Shown one piece after another: positions 10,745-22,126 of a stretch of DNA of 47,395 nt. Within the stretch, counting starts at the first letter, position 1, and every line of letters starts with the position of its first letter. A program made the position numbers and the translations under genes. The notes beneath the pieces are model-generated. The model was not told the origin of the DNA and made no database searches. It saw only the letters and a list, made by a program, of their open reading frames with translations. This DNA comes from Octopus bimaculoides (taxonomy: Eukaryota): NCBI RefSeq assembly GCF_001194135.2, contig NC_069002.1:35838905-35886299 (forward strand), given 5' to 3'.

Positions 10745-11545
10745 TCGACGATGGCTTGGCCGAAACTTCGAAGTCGTTGTCACCAACTTTCTTGTATAAG
10801 AAAAATAAATCTGGACTCTACAAAAGGGTAATCCATCAGATTAATGTAAAATTGCTTTTATCATAACTGAACATAAAACCAAACACTAGTACGTGTGTGC
10901 GTGCGTACGTACGAATGTAAAAAAAAAAATGCGCGCAAAGTAACGGGAAGGTAGGGAGAGGACTTCGGAGAATTCACAAGATCCGAGCTTTTCCCTCATA
11001 ACTTTTAGGAAAATGGGGTTTTTTTTCAATGTAATTTGATATAAATACCTTTGAAACGGCATACATTATGACTATAAAGTAATTTGTGGGGAGAGGACTT
11101 TCGGAAAATTCCCAAGATCCGAATTTTTCCTCGTCATATTCCGAAATCACATTTAACTTTCTACAGATACCCTAGCGTAGTATACATTTCTGTTAGAAAA
11201 TGTTTCTATTACACACACGCACACACATACACACTCATATACACACATGCAGTGCGCACGCACACACACATACACGTATTCGCTTGGTGCGGGTTGAGGT
11301 TAAAAATTTAAATTACAAAACTTTTTTGCTGTTTAAATCCCAGCAATGGACCACAGCATCATCATTCCATAAACTGTGTTTATGGGGAGAAAAATATTGA
11401 GAAAACATCAATACATACCAAAGTGACAAAGAAACGAAGAAGGTACCAAGTGGTCGTGATATGTGCTAGAAACAACAGCTAAAATACACACCCTTTTCGT
11501 CTGAAAATTATTTAAAAATTATAAACAGAAACAAATTACAAATTC

Positions 11546-11567
11546 GGAAACTGAAAGAAGTCCGTCG

Positions 11568-11614
<47 letters not shown>

Positions 11615-11822
11615 ATGTTTGTTTGTGTTTGTCCCCCCCCCCCCCAATATCGCTTGACAACCGATGCTGGTGTGTTTACGTCCCCGTAACTTAGCAGTTC
11701 GGCAAAAAGATGCCGATAGAATTAGTACTAGGCTTACAAAGAATAAGTCCTGGAGTCGATTTGCTCGACTAAAGGCGGTGCTCTAGTATGGCCGCAGTCA
11801 AATGACTGAAACAAGTAAGAGA
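11546..11822 (+). mobile_element. SINE family A, 5'-truncated
   Basis: GGAAACTGAAAGAAG, then (TA)n(TG)n, then the complete 3' module. Confidence 0.85.
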
Positions 11823-12304
11823 AAGATATATATATTATATGTATGTATATCTACCTATCTTTCTCTCTCTCTCTGTCTATCTATCTATATGCACGTATAC
11901 ATATATATATATATATACACACATATTTTCATGTAACGTCAGACGCTAGTCATATACCAGCAGCATACAATGAACGTATATACGATTCATTGTTGACGTG
12001 GTGTTAGTCACGTTCACACATGTATATAGTACAACCCACATACACACACACAAACGCTCACACACGCATACGTTTCTCTCTTCCTCCACACACACCCGCA
12101 CATTTTTCTCTCTTTCTCCACACACACATGTATACGTGTTTATGTGAAGGCGTATAGCATAGTAGTTAACGTGTTGCACTTACAATCATGTAAGTGATTT
12201 CCTCCCAGCCTTTACGATGAGTACCGAAATTGCTGATCCCGAACTATCGTGTACGAAACCGATTACTAAAATCGGCTGAAATGGGTTTATAATACTTTGT
12301 ATGA

Positions 12305-12630
12305 GGGTCCGTGGCTGTATGTTAAGAAGCTTGCTTTCCAATAACATGGCTCCAGGTTCAGTCCCACTGTGCGGCACCTTGGGCTGGTGTCGTCTAATAT
12401 AGTCACAGGCCGACCAGGGCCTTGTGAGTGGGTTTGGTAGACGAAAACTGAAAGAAGCCCTGCCGTATATATATGTGTGTGTGTATAGGGGGTGTCTATT
12501 TATCCTTGTGTTTGTTTGTCCCCCACAACCCCTTGACAACTGGTGTTGGCGTGTTTACGTCCCTGTAACTTAGTTGTTATAAATACTGGGGGTCGATTCA
12601 TTCGAAAAAAAAAACTATTCAAGGCGATGA
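12305..12630 (+). mobile_element. SINE family A
   Basis: Head GTGGCTGTATGTTAAGAAGC...GGTTCAGTCCC and a partly deleted tail. Confidence 0.8.
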
Positions 12631-12919
12631 AAGATAAACACTACTCTGTGTATGTGTGTGTGTGTGTAAGGAATTTATTATGTGTTGGGTGGGTATGTGC
12701 GTAACACTAAATATATGCAGGTATTTGATGTTAGTCGTCTCCTCTAATGGTGAGGTTTGCCTTCAGCATTGCAGGTGCCAAACTATTTGGCAACCAAGAC
12801 GCAACATTAGAATGAAACAAGACCAAACTTATAAAACACACACGTAGAGAAACATGTACCATCATTTTTCATTTAACATCGTTTATTACTGGTTGCGCAA
12901 ATATCGGAACTCATGGCGA

Positions 12920-13420
12920 AGAGAGAAAGTGAAAGAGATAAAGTGATTTTTAAAAAAAGGTGAGCGGCAGTGAGAGAGAAAGAGAGGTAGACATAGAGAA
13001 AACAAAGAGAGAGAGGTCAAAGGTGTATAGAGAGAAAATGAGGGTTAATGTTTAACCATAAAAAGAAATAGAGAGAGGGAGAAAGAGAAGACGTGGTAGA
13101 TAGAGAAAACAGAGGCGCATTGAGAGAAAAAGAGAGAGGCACATACAGAGAAAATGTATTAGGGACTGAGAGAGAAAAAGAGAGAGAGAGAGAGAGAGGC
13201 GCATACAGAGAAAAATGAGGTATAGAGAGAAGTGTGCGATATAGATAAAAAGAAATAGAGAGAGGGAGAAAGAGAAAAAGTATTATGGACTAAGAGAGAG
13301 ACAGGCACATACAGAGAAAAATGAGGTAGAGAGAGAGAGGTGTGCGATGTAGATAAAAAAAAATAGAGAGAGGGAGAGAGAGAAGTGTGCGATATAGATA
13401 AAAAGAGAGAGGGAGAGCGT
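12920..13420 (+). repeat. Purine-rich (GA) imperfect tandem repeat region
   Basis: Recurrent GAGAGAGAGGC.CATACAGAGAAAA(A)TG and GAAGTGTGCGATATAGATAAAAAG blocks. Confidence 0.75.
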
Positions 13421-13440
13421 AGTAAAACGTAAAATGGTAA

Positions 13441-13480
13441 GTGACACCGGAAGCGGATGACGTGTTAGCGCAGGCGCAGT
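13441..13480 (+). promoter_or_regulatory. Candidate RNF145 core promoter motif cluster
   Basis: A CpG-containing patch holds CCGGAAG (ETS, 13447-13453), TGACGTG (CRE/UPRE-like, 13458-13464) and GCGCAGGCGCA (NRF1-like, 13468-13478) within 32 bp, in otherwise repeat-dominated DNA upstream of the first coding exon. Confidence 0.55.
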
Positions 13481-13489
13481 GTGGTAATG

Positions 13490-13733
13490 TTTTTTTCTTG
13501 AGACGTTGGTTTGCCATGTAATCTGTTGTGAAAAAGACAGTCACATCTTGACCCCTTTTTTAGTTCCCTGTTTTGTTAGAGAGAGAGAGAGAAAGAGCAA
13601 ATCGAACTCCTGCCCTGGCCCTAGTGACGCGAGAGGGTCGACCAGTGGAGGTGGACCAAACAAAGAACCGAACTTTAACAAACACACATTTAAAGAAAAG
13701 GAAAAGACAAAAAAAAATAAGGAGGAGGAAAAG
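13490..13733 (+). other. Candidate non-coding 5' exon of the RNF145-like gene (start approximate)
   Basis: Lies just downstream of the motif cluster and ends at AAG|GTAAAC (GT at 13734-13735). An acceptor is available at 19887 or 19891, just before the ATG. No transcript evidence. Confidence 0.35.
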
Positions 13734-13902
13734 GTAAACAAATCTCTATGTTGTCTTTGGTGTAACAATATATAAAGATTAAATAATATACACACCGTCT
13801 GTATGTATATATACATACATACATATATATATAATGTGTGTGCGCTTGTATTTGTGTATATATGTATATGACAGCAGCCGCATGGCTGAAACTAGCAAAA
13901 GA

Positions 13903-13950
<48 letters not shown>

Positions 13951-14138
13951 TAAATGAGTATATGCATATATACGTACAAGTATGTGCATACCTACATCTA
14001 CCTGTATATATAGATGCATATCTGGGTACAGGACGTTGCAAACAAAACATAGACAAATGATAAACAGAAAACACACAAGCCACAGAGAACATTTCCTTCA
14101 TCAGCTGCCACCATTCTAACACTGGCGTTTTGAAGAGT

Positions 14139-14171
<33 letters not shown>

Positions 14172-15121
14172 GCTAATACACGACCCATGTTATATTCCCC
14201 ACTCATGGTGCAACCACGTCAGGGGCAAAACTAGTCGGTATACAGCACTTACTCGGTATTACCTGTATCCTTAGGGTTTGGTTGACTCCAATACCCTTCA
14301 TAACCTTTATATATACATATATATATATATATGTGCTACATTTATGTGTATATGGGTGAGTCTACGTAGAAATGCATGCATACACACACTCACAAATATG
14401 CCAACTTAGGTCAGTTTAACAACACCATGGTCGGCTTTTCATTTCGTTTCTAACATGCTGCCTCAGGTGGGATAATATTCCGGTGCAGTTCTCTGCGGAT
14501 GGATGCTCTTGCTGGCGTCGACCATGACATTCGAGACATTGTGTATGTACCTGTTCTAAATCCGAGAGTTATATGACATATATAAAAAAGGAGTTATTAA
14601 TGAGGGACTCTTCGTTCAGCCAAAATACTTGTATATGCTCTCTTTTAGGACAAATACACAGGGCTAACTATTGTTTAGATTGGTAAAGAACTCCGTGTAT
14701 TCCTGCGGCAGTTTCCGAGGTTATAAGTTCATTGTCATTCTATATTGTGAATTCGTGGTTGTGTTCCCAGTTAGACTGGTCTTTTTAACACTGTTATATA
14801 CAACACAAGGTATAACTAATGAAGTAATGTACATTATTTATACTTACCTTTTATTTGTATGTATGATATATGTATATATCTAAGTATATATAATGAATGT
14901 GTGTGAGAGCAGACATAAATATACATACGTGTATGTGTGTGTGTGTGAAATAAACATCAGAGATGCTTTGCAGGAATTGCAGTAGCTATTGAAAGATCGC
15001 CTTTAAGGTATTGCAAGCTCAACTTTTGGTAGTGACTAAAGCTAGTGCAGTGTTGGAAACTCTTTAGACTCGTATATATCTCCATGTCAGGGTAGCTACA
15101 CACACACACACACATACTTCA

Positions 15122-15159
<38 letters not shown>

Positions 15160-15174
15160 TTAGATATATATAGA

Positions 15175-15695
15175 CATCATCATCATCATCATCGTTTAAC
15201 GTCCGCTTTCCATGCTAGCATGGGTTGGACGATTTGACTGAGGACTGGTGAAACCGGATGGCAACACCAGGCTCCAGTCTGATTTGGCAGAGTTTCTACA
15301 GCTGGATGCCCTTCCTAACGCCAAGATATATGTGTATATATCCTTACACACTTATCAGTACATGTATATACACACATACGTACACATACATGTATGTATG
15401 TATGTGAAGGCATGTTATTTAGTGGCTGAGCTGTTGCACTTGCAGCGACAAGATCATGGTTTATTCTTCTGATTCCCAGACCAGTGATGTATTGTGTTCT
15501 TGAGCATGACAAGAAGTAGTAATCAGCTATATATAGAACTACACTCTTGGAGTGGTTGGTGTTAGGAAGTGCATCCAGCTGTAGAAACTCTGCCAAATCA
15601 GATTGGACTCCGGTGTAGCCATCTGGTTCGCCAGTCCCCAGTCAAATTGTCCAACCCATGCTAGCGTGGAAAGCGAACTTTAAATGATGACGATG
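15175..15695. repeat. Inverted pair of family B copies: 15175-15324 (-) and 15542-15695 (+)
   Basis: The two copies are reverse complements over about 145 bp, separated by about 220 bp. Confidence 0.85.
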
Positions 15696-16924
15696 TGTAG
15701 GTATGTTCACACACACACACACTATATATCCACTCATGTATACATAAATATAACCAGGAAGGCCATTTGGTCACAGAAAAATCTGCCTCAATGAATTCTG
15801 TCTGATCCATGCAAGCATAGAAAAGTGGACATTAAGACGATGATCTCACATATATACTCATATGATTGGCTCCTTTCAGTTTCCCTCACAGGGCATTGGT
15901 TGGTTTGGGGGCCTTAGTATCATAGCAGAAGACACCTGTACAAGGTGTGACCCAAAGCTATGTAAACGAGATGCAAACGTAACCACACAACCATGCTCAA
16001 GTCAAAAATTATGCTGTGACTTGTACTATGGCAGTAAACTTGGTCACACATAATAAATAATTACTCTAACCCATGAGCATTTAAACAGGACATGTTCAGC
16101 CCAAATATTCTGTCTGTTTTCTGCTCAAACAAGCCAGATCTGGTTTCCCATAGCTACTCTACAACGTTGTTCTAAAAATAGACAAGCACATCAAGATAAT
16201 GTATGACTAATTCAAAAATAATGTGAATAAATAAACATTACATTTGACAGAGTAATTTGAATGCTAATGTTTTAAAATTGTCTTTTGAATTTACTGCAAT
16301 CTTATTTGCTCAAATGTATCCGTTTTCTACATACTGTAGTGGTCAGTTTGTATATTGTTGCTTATGGCCTAAATATTCGTGTCTGCTGTAAAAGGAGTTG
16401 GCTTTTGTTGACTGTAAATACACATGTAAGAATAAATACAGCTTGAAGAAGGCAGCTTGACATACTATAATCATCATCTTTTAACATCTGTTTTCCTTGC
16501 TGGCATGGGTTTGACCAGAACAGGTTCCATTTCCTATTCTTATATAGTTTCTATGGGTGGTTGCTCTTCTTAACACCGATCACTCAACAGAGTGCACTGG
16601 GCGCTTTTCATGTGGCATCAGTATCATTGTACTGTGGTGGACAGAGTACAGGAAAGTGCCGGGTATCTTGCTCGTTTGTCAAATGTACTTTTCAATTACA
16701 TTTGATGACTCAAACGCTTGGCTTTGACTGTGTATCATGTTGGCTGGTATTACTGGGATGTAAATACACCAACACCAGTTGTCAAGCGGTGGTGGGGGAC
16801 AAACACAGACACAAAGACACTTATATACATTGGGCTTCTTTCAGTTTCCTATTTCTTTACTGCCCACAAGGAGCTACACACAGAGGGGACAAACAAGGAC
16901 AGACAAATGGATTAAGTCGATTGT

Positions 16925-17065
16925 ATCGACACCAGTGTTTCACTGGTACTTAATTTATCGACCCCGAAAGGATGAAAGGCAAAGTCGACCTCGACAGAAT
17001 TTGAACTCAGAACGTAGCGGCAGACGAAATACTGCTAAGTATTTCACCCAGCATGCTAACGTTTT
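16925..17065 (-). mobile_element. Family C SINE, 5' part
   Basis: Reverse complement of the family C head and core. Other copies at 2735-2927(+), 39475-39610(+), 41050-41220(-) and 41945-42120(+). Confidence 0.8.
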
Positions 17066-17159
17066 TGCCAGCTCGCTAACGTTTCAGTTTCCCTCTACCA
17101 AATCCACTCGCACTTCTTTTTTTGGAAGACACTAGCTTGTAGAGGCTATAGAAGAAGAC

Positions 17160-17560
17160 ACCATCATCATCATCCATCCAGCTAGCTAGCTATCTTGTCT
17201 TCCCACTATCCCTGGGAGTAGAGTCCTCAGGTGCCTCCTCCATAGGATCCTATCAGAAGCAACCGTCAGTAGGCTTTAAATTTAGATTCTTGAGTGTGAC
17301 TGAGAGACTGAATATTATCCACCCATCTCGTTCTTGACCCACCACTAAGTCTGCTGCAAGTTGGTTATTTATAGCTTTCTGTTATTGTTATATCCATCTT
17401 GTTTTATGTTACCCTGAATGTGCATACTTTTGGATGCTGAGTATCCCTGTCACACATCCCTCTTACAAATTGTCACTGTTATTCATCCCTGCATTCCTTA
17501 TGATTCTCACCTTGTAAAGCGGTTGGTGAGTGAGCAGAGACATGGAGGTGTGAAATCCTT
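17160..17560 (-). pseudogene. Degenerate RTE-like LINE 3' end
   Basis: The minus strand contains GGSRTRWVDNIQ (compare GRPRTRW.DNI) and a (GAT)n-type tail at about 17162-17175. Confidence 0.45.
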
Positions 17561-17678
17561 CTAAGTGTGTTCAGGACATAGTTACCTTCTCGTTGCTGGT
17601 GTTATGAAGAAAAAAGAAAAAAAGAATAATGCACCTGTAAAGTGTAAGGTCAAGGGGGCCATTTAGTATTGCTTAAAG

Positions 17679-18030
17679 CAGTGATTCTCGACCGAGGTTC
17701 TTATGACCCCTGAGCTTTCATATAAGATTTTGACGGGGCCCATGCAAAAAAGTGGTAAATTGGGGACCCACAATATTTTAAGGGCCCCTGAAAAAATTTT
17801 GTTTTAGATGTATGTATTGGTATGGATTAAAAGAAACAGCTGGGTTTCTTTCTCTAGCATTTTACAGAGTTCAACTTACACAAATTAATGTGAGAAAAAC
17901 AAAATAGGAATTTTGAAAGAAGTTTCTATGAAACTAGTTTTTAAACATTGAATAGCTCTGGGGGTCCACCGAAATAAAGTAGTATTTCAGAAGGGTCCAT
18001 AGATAAAAAAAAGTGGTTCAGAATCTCTGG
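17679..18030. mobile_element. hAT-like MITE
   Basis: Left end CAGTGATTCTCGACC; right end GGTTCAGAATCTCTG. Interior shared with 4322-4834. Confidence 0.75.
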
Positions 18031-18859
18031 TTTAGAGTTTGACACCTCTCTTTGGCTGGTGTTATGGTCGGGGTCGGGGAGAAAAAAAAGCACCTAGTAC
18101 ATTCTGTAAAGTTGTTGGCATTTGGAAGGTTTGCCTTGATTTTGTGTGATTGTCCTTCATCTCCAAACTTCCATGTAGATATGCCTGGTCATGAGGAAAT
18201 ATCACCTCATTTGGAAATGGGTGAGGGTTGGCCACAGGAAGGGTATCTGAGCCTAGAAAAAATCTGCCTCAACATATTCTGCCTGACCCATGCAAGTATG
18301 GAAAATTGGACGTTAAAATTGATAATGATCACATACACACAGACACAATGTGATCAAGTTGCTTACATCGTTTCTAAGTCAATGTCTCATAGGTTTTTAA
18401 CATACATTTTGTTTGTAAGACAATGGCCTTCATTGATCAAAAACTGGAACTGAAAATTAGGTTAAACATTTTTAAGTGCATGACAGTAAATCTAGGATAT
18501 AGTATGACTAGCTGTATTAATTAAAACCTCATAACCCAAATTACAAACTGAATTGCACACACACACACACACACACGATTAATTGTTTCGTGTTTGGATA
18601 TTGTGTTATAAGCTTGGAGTAATGGAGGGTACGTCATTGATGTGGTCAAAAATAGCAATCAGACTTTGACACACTAACAGATTGATCCAACAATTAATTA
18701 AACAAATGGTTAATTGGTTAATTAGTTGTTAAGGGTAATAAAAAGAAGTGAAATAGAACAAAGATGTGTGTGTTTTAGTTTTTGATTGGGCACTCCCACC
18801 ACCACTCAAAATATAAAGAAATACAGCATCTGTTTCTATACAGCATTTAACACCCAGAA

Positions 18860-19000
18860 TAGGTGCAAGTGTGTCTATGTGGTAGAAGTTTACTTCCCAG
18901 TTACATGGTTTCAGGTTCAGTCCCACTGCATGGCATCTTGGGCAACACTGTTTTCTACTATAGCCCTGGGTCAACCAAAGCCTTGAGAAAGAAGCCCATT
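18860..19000 (+). mobile_element. SINE family A, 5' half
   Basis: GGTTCAGTCCCACTGC...CTTGGGCAAC...AAAGAAGCCC. Confidence 0.75.
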
Positions 19001-19034
19001 GTGTATGTATATATAGATAGATAGAGAGAGAGAG

Positions 19035-19374
19035 AGATACCACCATGCTAGACATAGCAGCCAAAACTTGACTCTAAAACCACATTCAATGTTCATACAG
19101 CACCAGGAGAGAAGACAAAGAGACAAAATAAACTAGCAAAAAATTATTGGCTAATTCCAGATCCCGGATTTCTGGCTTTGCATAAGAAATGTGTGTATTC
19201 CACTGATGAGGGAAAGCATTTTTTATGCAAAGCCAGCATTCCAGGATCTGGAATTATCCAATAATTTTCTTGCTAGTTTATTTTGTCTCTTTGTCTTCTC
19301 TCCTGGTGCTATATGAACATTTAATGGGGTTTTAGAGTCAAGTTTTGGCTGCTATTTCCAGCGTGGTGGTATCT
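19035..19374. repeat. Long fold-back inverted repeat: arms 19035-19191 and 19217-19374, 25-nt loop
   Basis: Manual alignment gives 12 differences in about 158 bp, including a 41-bp perfect block (AGCACCAGGAGAGAAGACAAAGAGACAAAATAAACTAGCAA). Confidence 0.95.
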
Positions 19375-19449
19375 TTTAGATACCCTTAATTATAATTTTA
19401 ATAATAATTATTATCTATGAGGTTTTTATTCCCATGCTAGCCACTTGAT

Positions 19450-19715
19450 TTTGTTGACAGAAACTGAAAGAAGCCCATCATATGTGTGTGAGTGTGTTTA
19501 TCTACCCCACCCCTCACCCCATCACCATTGCTTGACGACTGGTGCTGGTGTGTTCATGTCCTTGTAACTTAGCAGTTTGGGCAAAAGAGACTGATAGAAT
19601 AACTACCAGGCTTAACAAGAAAGTAAGTACTGGTTTCAATTAGATCGACTACAATTCCTCAAACTGATGCTTCAGCATGGCCACAGGAGCAAGTAAAAGA
19701 TGAAAAATAAAAGAA
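19450..19715 (+). mobile_element. SINE family A, 3' part
   Basis: GAAACTGAAAGAAGCCC followed by a diverged 3' module. Confidence 0.75.
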
Positions 19716-19891
19716 TTACGTTAGGAAATGTGGTATTTTGCATCAAAAATATTCATTATCGTTAAGTAATCTGAAAGTAACGAATTAGCTAATGTATTCT
19801 AATTTAGTGTTTATGATGATGATGTGAAGGTGTTTTTTTTCTTTTAACTGTTCTTTCACTGTCCTTGTTGTTCCATTTCAAATTTAGTAAG

Positions 19892-20087
19892 ATGCCACCA
19901 TCTTGCATCACTCGGTTCCTGTCCAAGATCCATCGGGAACAGCTGGAGACTGGAGTAGCTGTGGTGTTGCGCATCCCATCGCTATTCATTGTAGAACTCT
20001 GCTTTCGTACCGATCCTCTGAAGAGTGTCCCAGTGGGGACTAGGGCCAAAGATGTCCATCTCGTGGCCAACTTCATTTATTATGCAG
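19892..20087 (+). CDS. RNF145: RNF145-like E3 ligase, first coding exon (65 codons + 1 nt)
   Basis: ATG at 19892 in AAGATGC context, after a pyrimidine tract and TTAG at 19884-19887. LETGVAVVLRIPSLFIVELCFRTD matches the recalled RNF145 N-terminus LEAVLNVALRVPSIMLLDVLYRWD. The exon ends at the donor CAG|GTAAGT (GT at 20088-20089) in phase 1, which matches the acceptor phase at 27557. Confidence 0.88.
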
Positions 20088-21032
20088 GTAAGTGAATAGA
20101 TTAATCAGATTATTGACTTCAATTGTTTTATGACCCTTCAGCACATCAAAGGCGATGACATCATTGATCCAAGACATTAAGGGTTGTGACTGTTGCGACC
20201 ATTATAAGATAGGCAGACCCTGTGGCACTGAGGGCCCTGGAATTGACCCCAAACAACAGTTGCAGGGGTTGATGATGACATCTCTTCCTCTCTGGACATA
20301 CTTGACCTGGGTATTTTACCTTGTTTTATGTTTAAACCGACCAGATTCAGCCTCCCAAACCTACCTTACAATGTCATTCTGAAAAAAAAAATGAACCTGT
20401 CGCCAAAATCTTGAAGCTACAAAATAATGCAAAATTAACTCAAAATGCTGTGAATAAATTAGCATTACATTTGAGAGAGTGAACTGAATGCGAAAGGGTT
20501 GGGTTTCCTTTGTTTAAGAACGGAATCTAATATATTTATTGGATCAGAATCCATTCTTGAAAAAAAAACACAAAGCAAAACAAAAGTTGTTTTCCTGTTT
20601 GTGTTAGAAAAATATATACACAAACGCATGTATGGCTGCGTAGTATGAAGATTTGCTTCCCAAATTCTGATTTCCACAACAGAACATGTTTTCTTTGTGG
20701 TACCACGCAACAATATCTGGCCGGTTGTGTTTTAACTTGGTGACTGTTTTAATTTTTAAGTTCCGTCAGTGTTCTTTTGATCCGTCAGTCTCAATAGATC
20801 TAACTTCGTCTGTCGCTGTATTCCTTTTTTTTTTGTTATCGTGTTCCAGGCTGCTCTAGCTACCACATTATGTCTCACGAGAAGACAATATCCGGTGGAC
20901 ATTCTCTTGCAGTTGGCAATAGTGTGGTTCACACACACACACACACACACATTTATATATGTATGTATATGTTTGGGGTTGGTGCATAATTGACAACTGT
21001 TTATTTATTCTAAATTTTAAATGAAATTGTTC

Positions 21033-21320
21033 ATCATCATCATGTAGCATCCGTTGTCCATGCTGGCATGGGTTGGACGGTTTGACTGAGGACTGGCAAG
21101 GCTGGAAGGCTGCACCAGGATCCAGTCTGATTTGGCATGGTTTTCTATGGCTGGATGCCCTTCCTAATGCCAACCACTCCGAGAGTGTAATGTGTGCTTT
21201 TACGTGCCACTGACATAGGTGCCATATGTGTGACACCGGTATCTGCCATGACTGCGATTCTGTTTGGCTTGATGGGTCTTCTTCTCAAGCACAACATAAT
21301 GCCAAAGGTCTTGGTCATTG
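21033..21320 (-). mobile_element. Family B repeat, long variant
   Basis: (CAT)n start, GCTGGATGCCCTTCCTAATGCCAACCACTCCGAGAG, and an extended internal region also seen at 37960-38080. Confidence 0.8.
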
Positions 21321-21500
21321 ACTCCGTGAGGCCTGACACTCAAAAGGAGCTCGGCCACTTTGCCTCCATGAGGCCCAACGCTTGAAAAGAACTCAGCCAT
21401 CACGCCTCTGTGAGGCTCATTTGAAAGGAATTCAGCCACCTTGCCTCTGTGAGGCCCAACACTCGAAAGGAGCTCAGTGACTTTGCCTCCATGTGGCCAA
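21318..21500 (+). repeat. Minisatellite, about 42-bp unit x 4.4
   Basis: Units begin near 21318, 21360, 21402, 21441 and 21483; consensus about TTGCCTCCGTGAGGCCCAACACTCGAAAGGAGCTCAGCCACT. Confidence 0.8.
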
Positions 21501-21946
21501 TGTTGTAAATTAAATTATAAAATGGTCGTTAATTATGCACCAACCCAATATATATGTGTGTGGTGGGTGGTGTGTGTTTGTTTGTATATACTTGCTGTAT
21601 ATACAACAACTGACAANNNNNNNNNNATATATATATATATATATAAATACATATTTACATGCAGACACAAATACACAAACACATATAAAAGCAAGTTTCG
21701 ACTCGAAAAACGAGATCAGTTGTCACAAAAACTATAATCCTGATTAATTTACATTCTTCCCACCAGGTGACTGTCTCCTCTTATCTTCCTTTCCACTCTC
21801 ACTCTCTCTTTGACCCAATTTTTCATTATGCTGTTTTAAATCCTGAACACATTCAAATTTCTCTCTCTCTAACGAAAAGTTTTTGTTTTACAAAATTAAG
21901 TTAGAACTTGGGGCTCACTTCCTTCTTCCTCAATACATCAACAATA

Positions 21947-22126
21947 TCACGTGATCACGTGACCGACCAGGCAGTCAGATGCTGCTACACACCGCTGGTC
22001 ACAATGCGCTTTGCATTGTTTTAGCCTTCAAATGACGCCACCCCGCTGGCTAAGCAAGCAGGCCAACATTTAGAAACAAGAAGAAAGAGTGAGAGAAAGT
22101 TGTGGTGAAAGAGTACAGCAGGGTTC
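21947..22126 (-). mobile_element. SINE fragment sharing the family D central block but with a different 3' tail ending in (TCACGTGA)2
   Basis: The minus strand has GAACCCTGCTGTACTCTTTCACCACAACTTTCTCTCACTCT, as in family D at about 24181-24221, then unrelated sequence. Confidence 0.7.

Noticed and set aside
10950-11140. Imperfect ~45-bp direct repeat (GGAGAGGACTT.CGGA.AATTC.CAAGATCCGA) at about 10955 and 11090
   Set aside because: Only two copies with no coding or structural signal; probably an internal duplication in an unidentified repeat.
14040-14135. Minus-strand CTGATGAAGGAAA, PLE-like
   Set aside because: No stem II-GAAAC or NUH site can be built; possibly a very decayed PLE terminal repeat but not supportable.
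21318-21500. CRISPR-like or hammerhead-like reading of the 42-bp repeats (CTGTGAGG...CGAAAGG)
   Set aside because: The units are contiguous with no unique spacers, and the DNA is eukaryotic. The HHR core lacks A6 and there is no stem II or stem I pairing.
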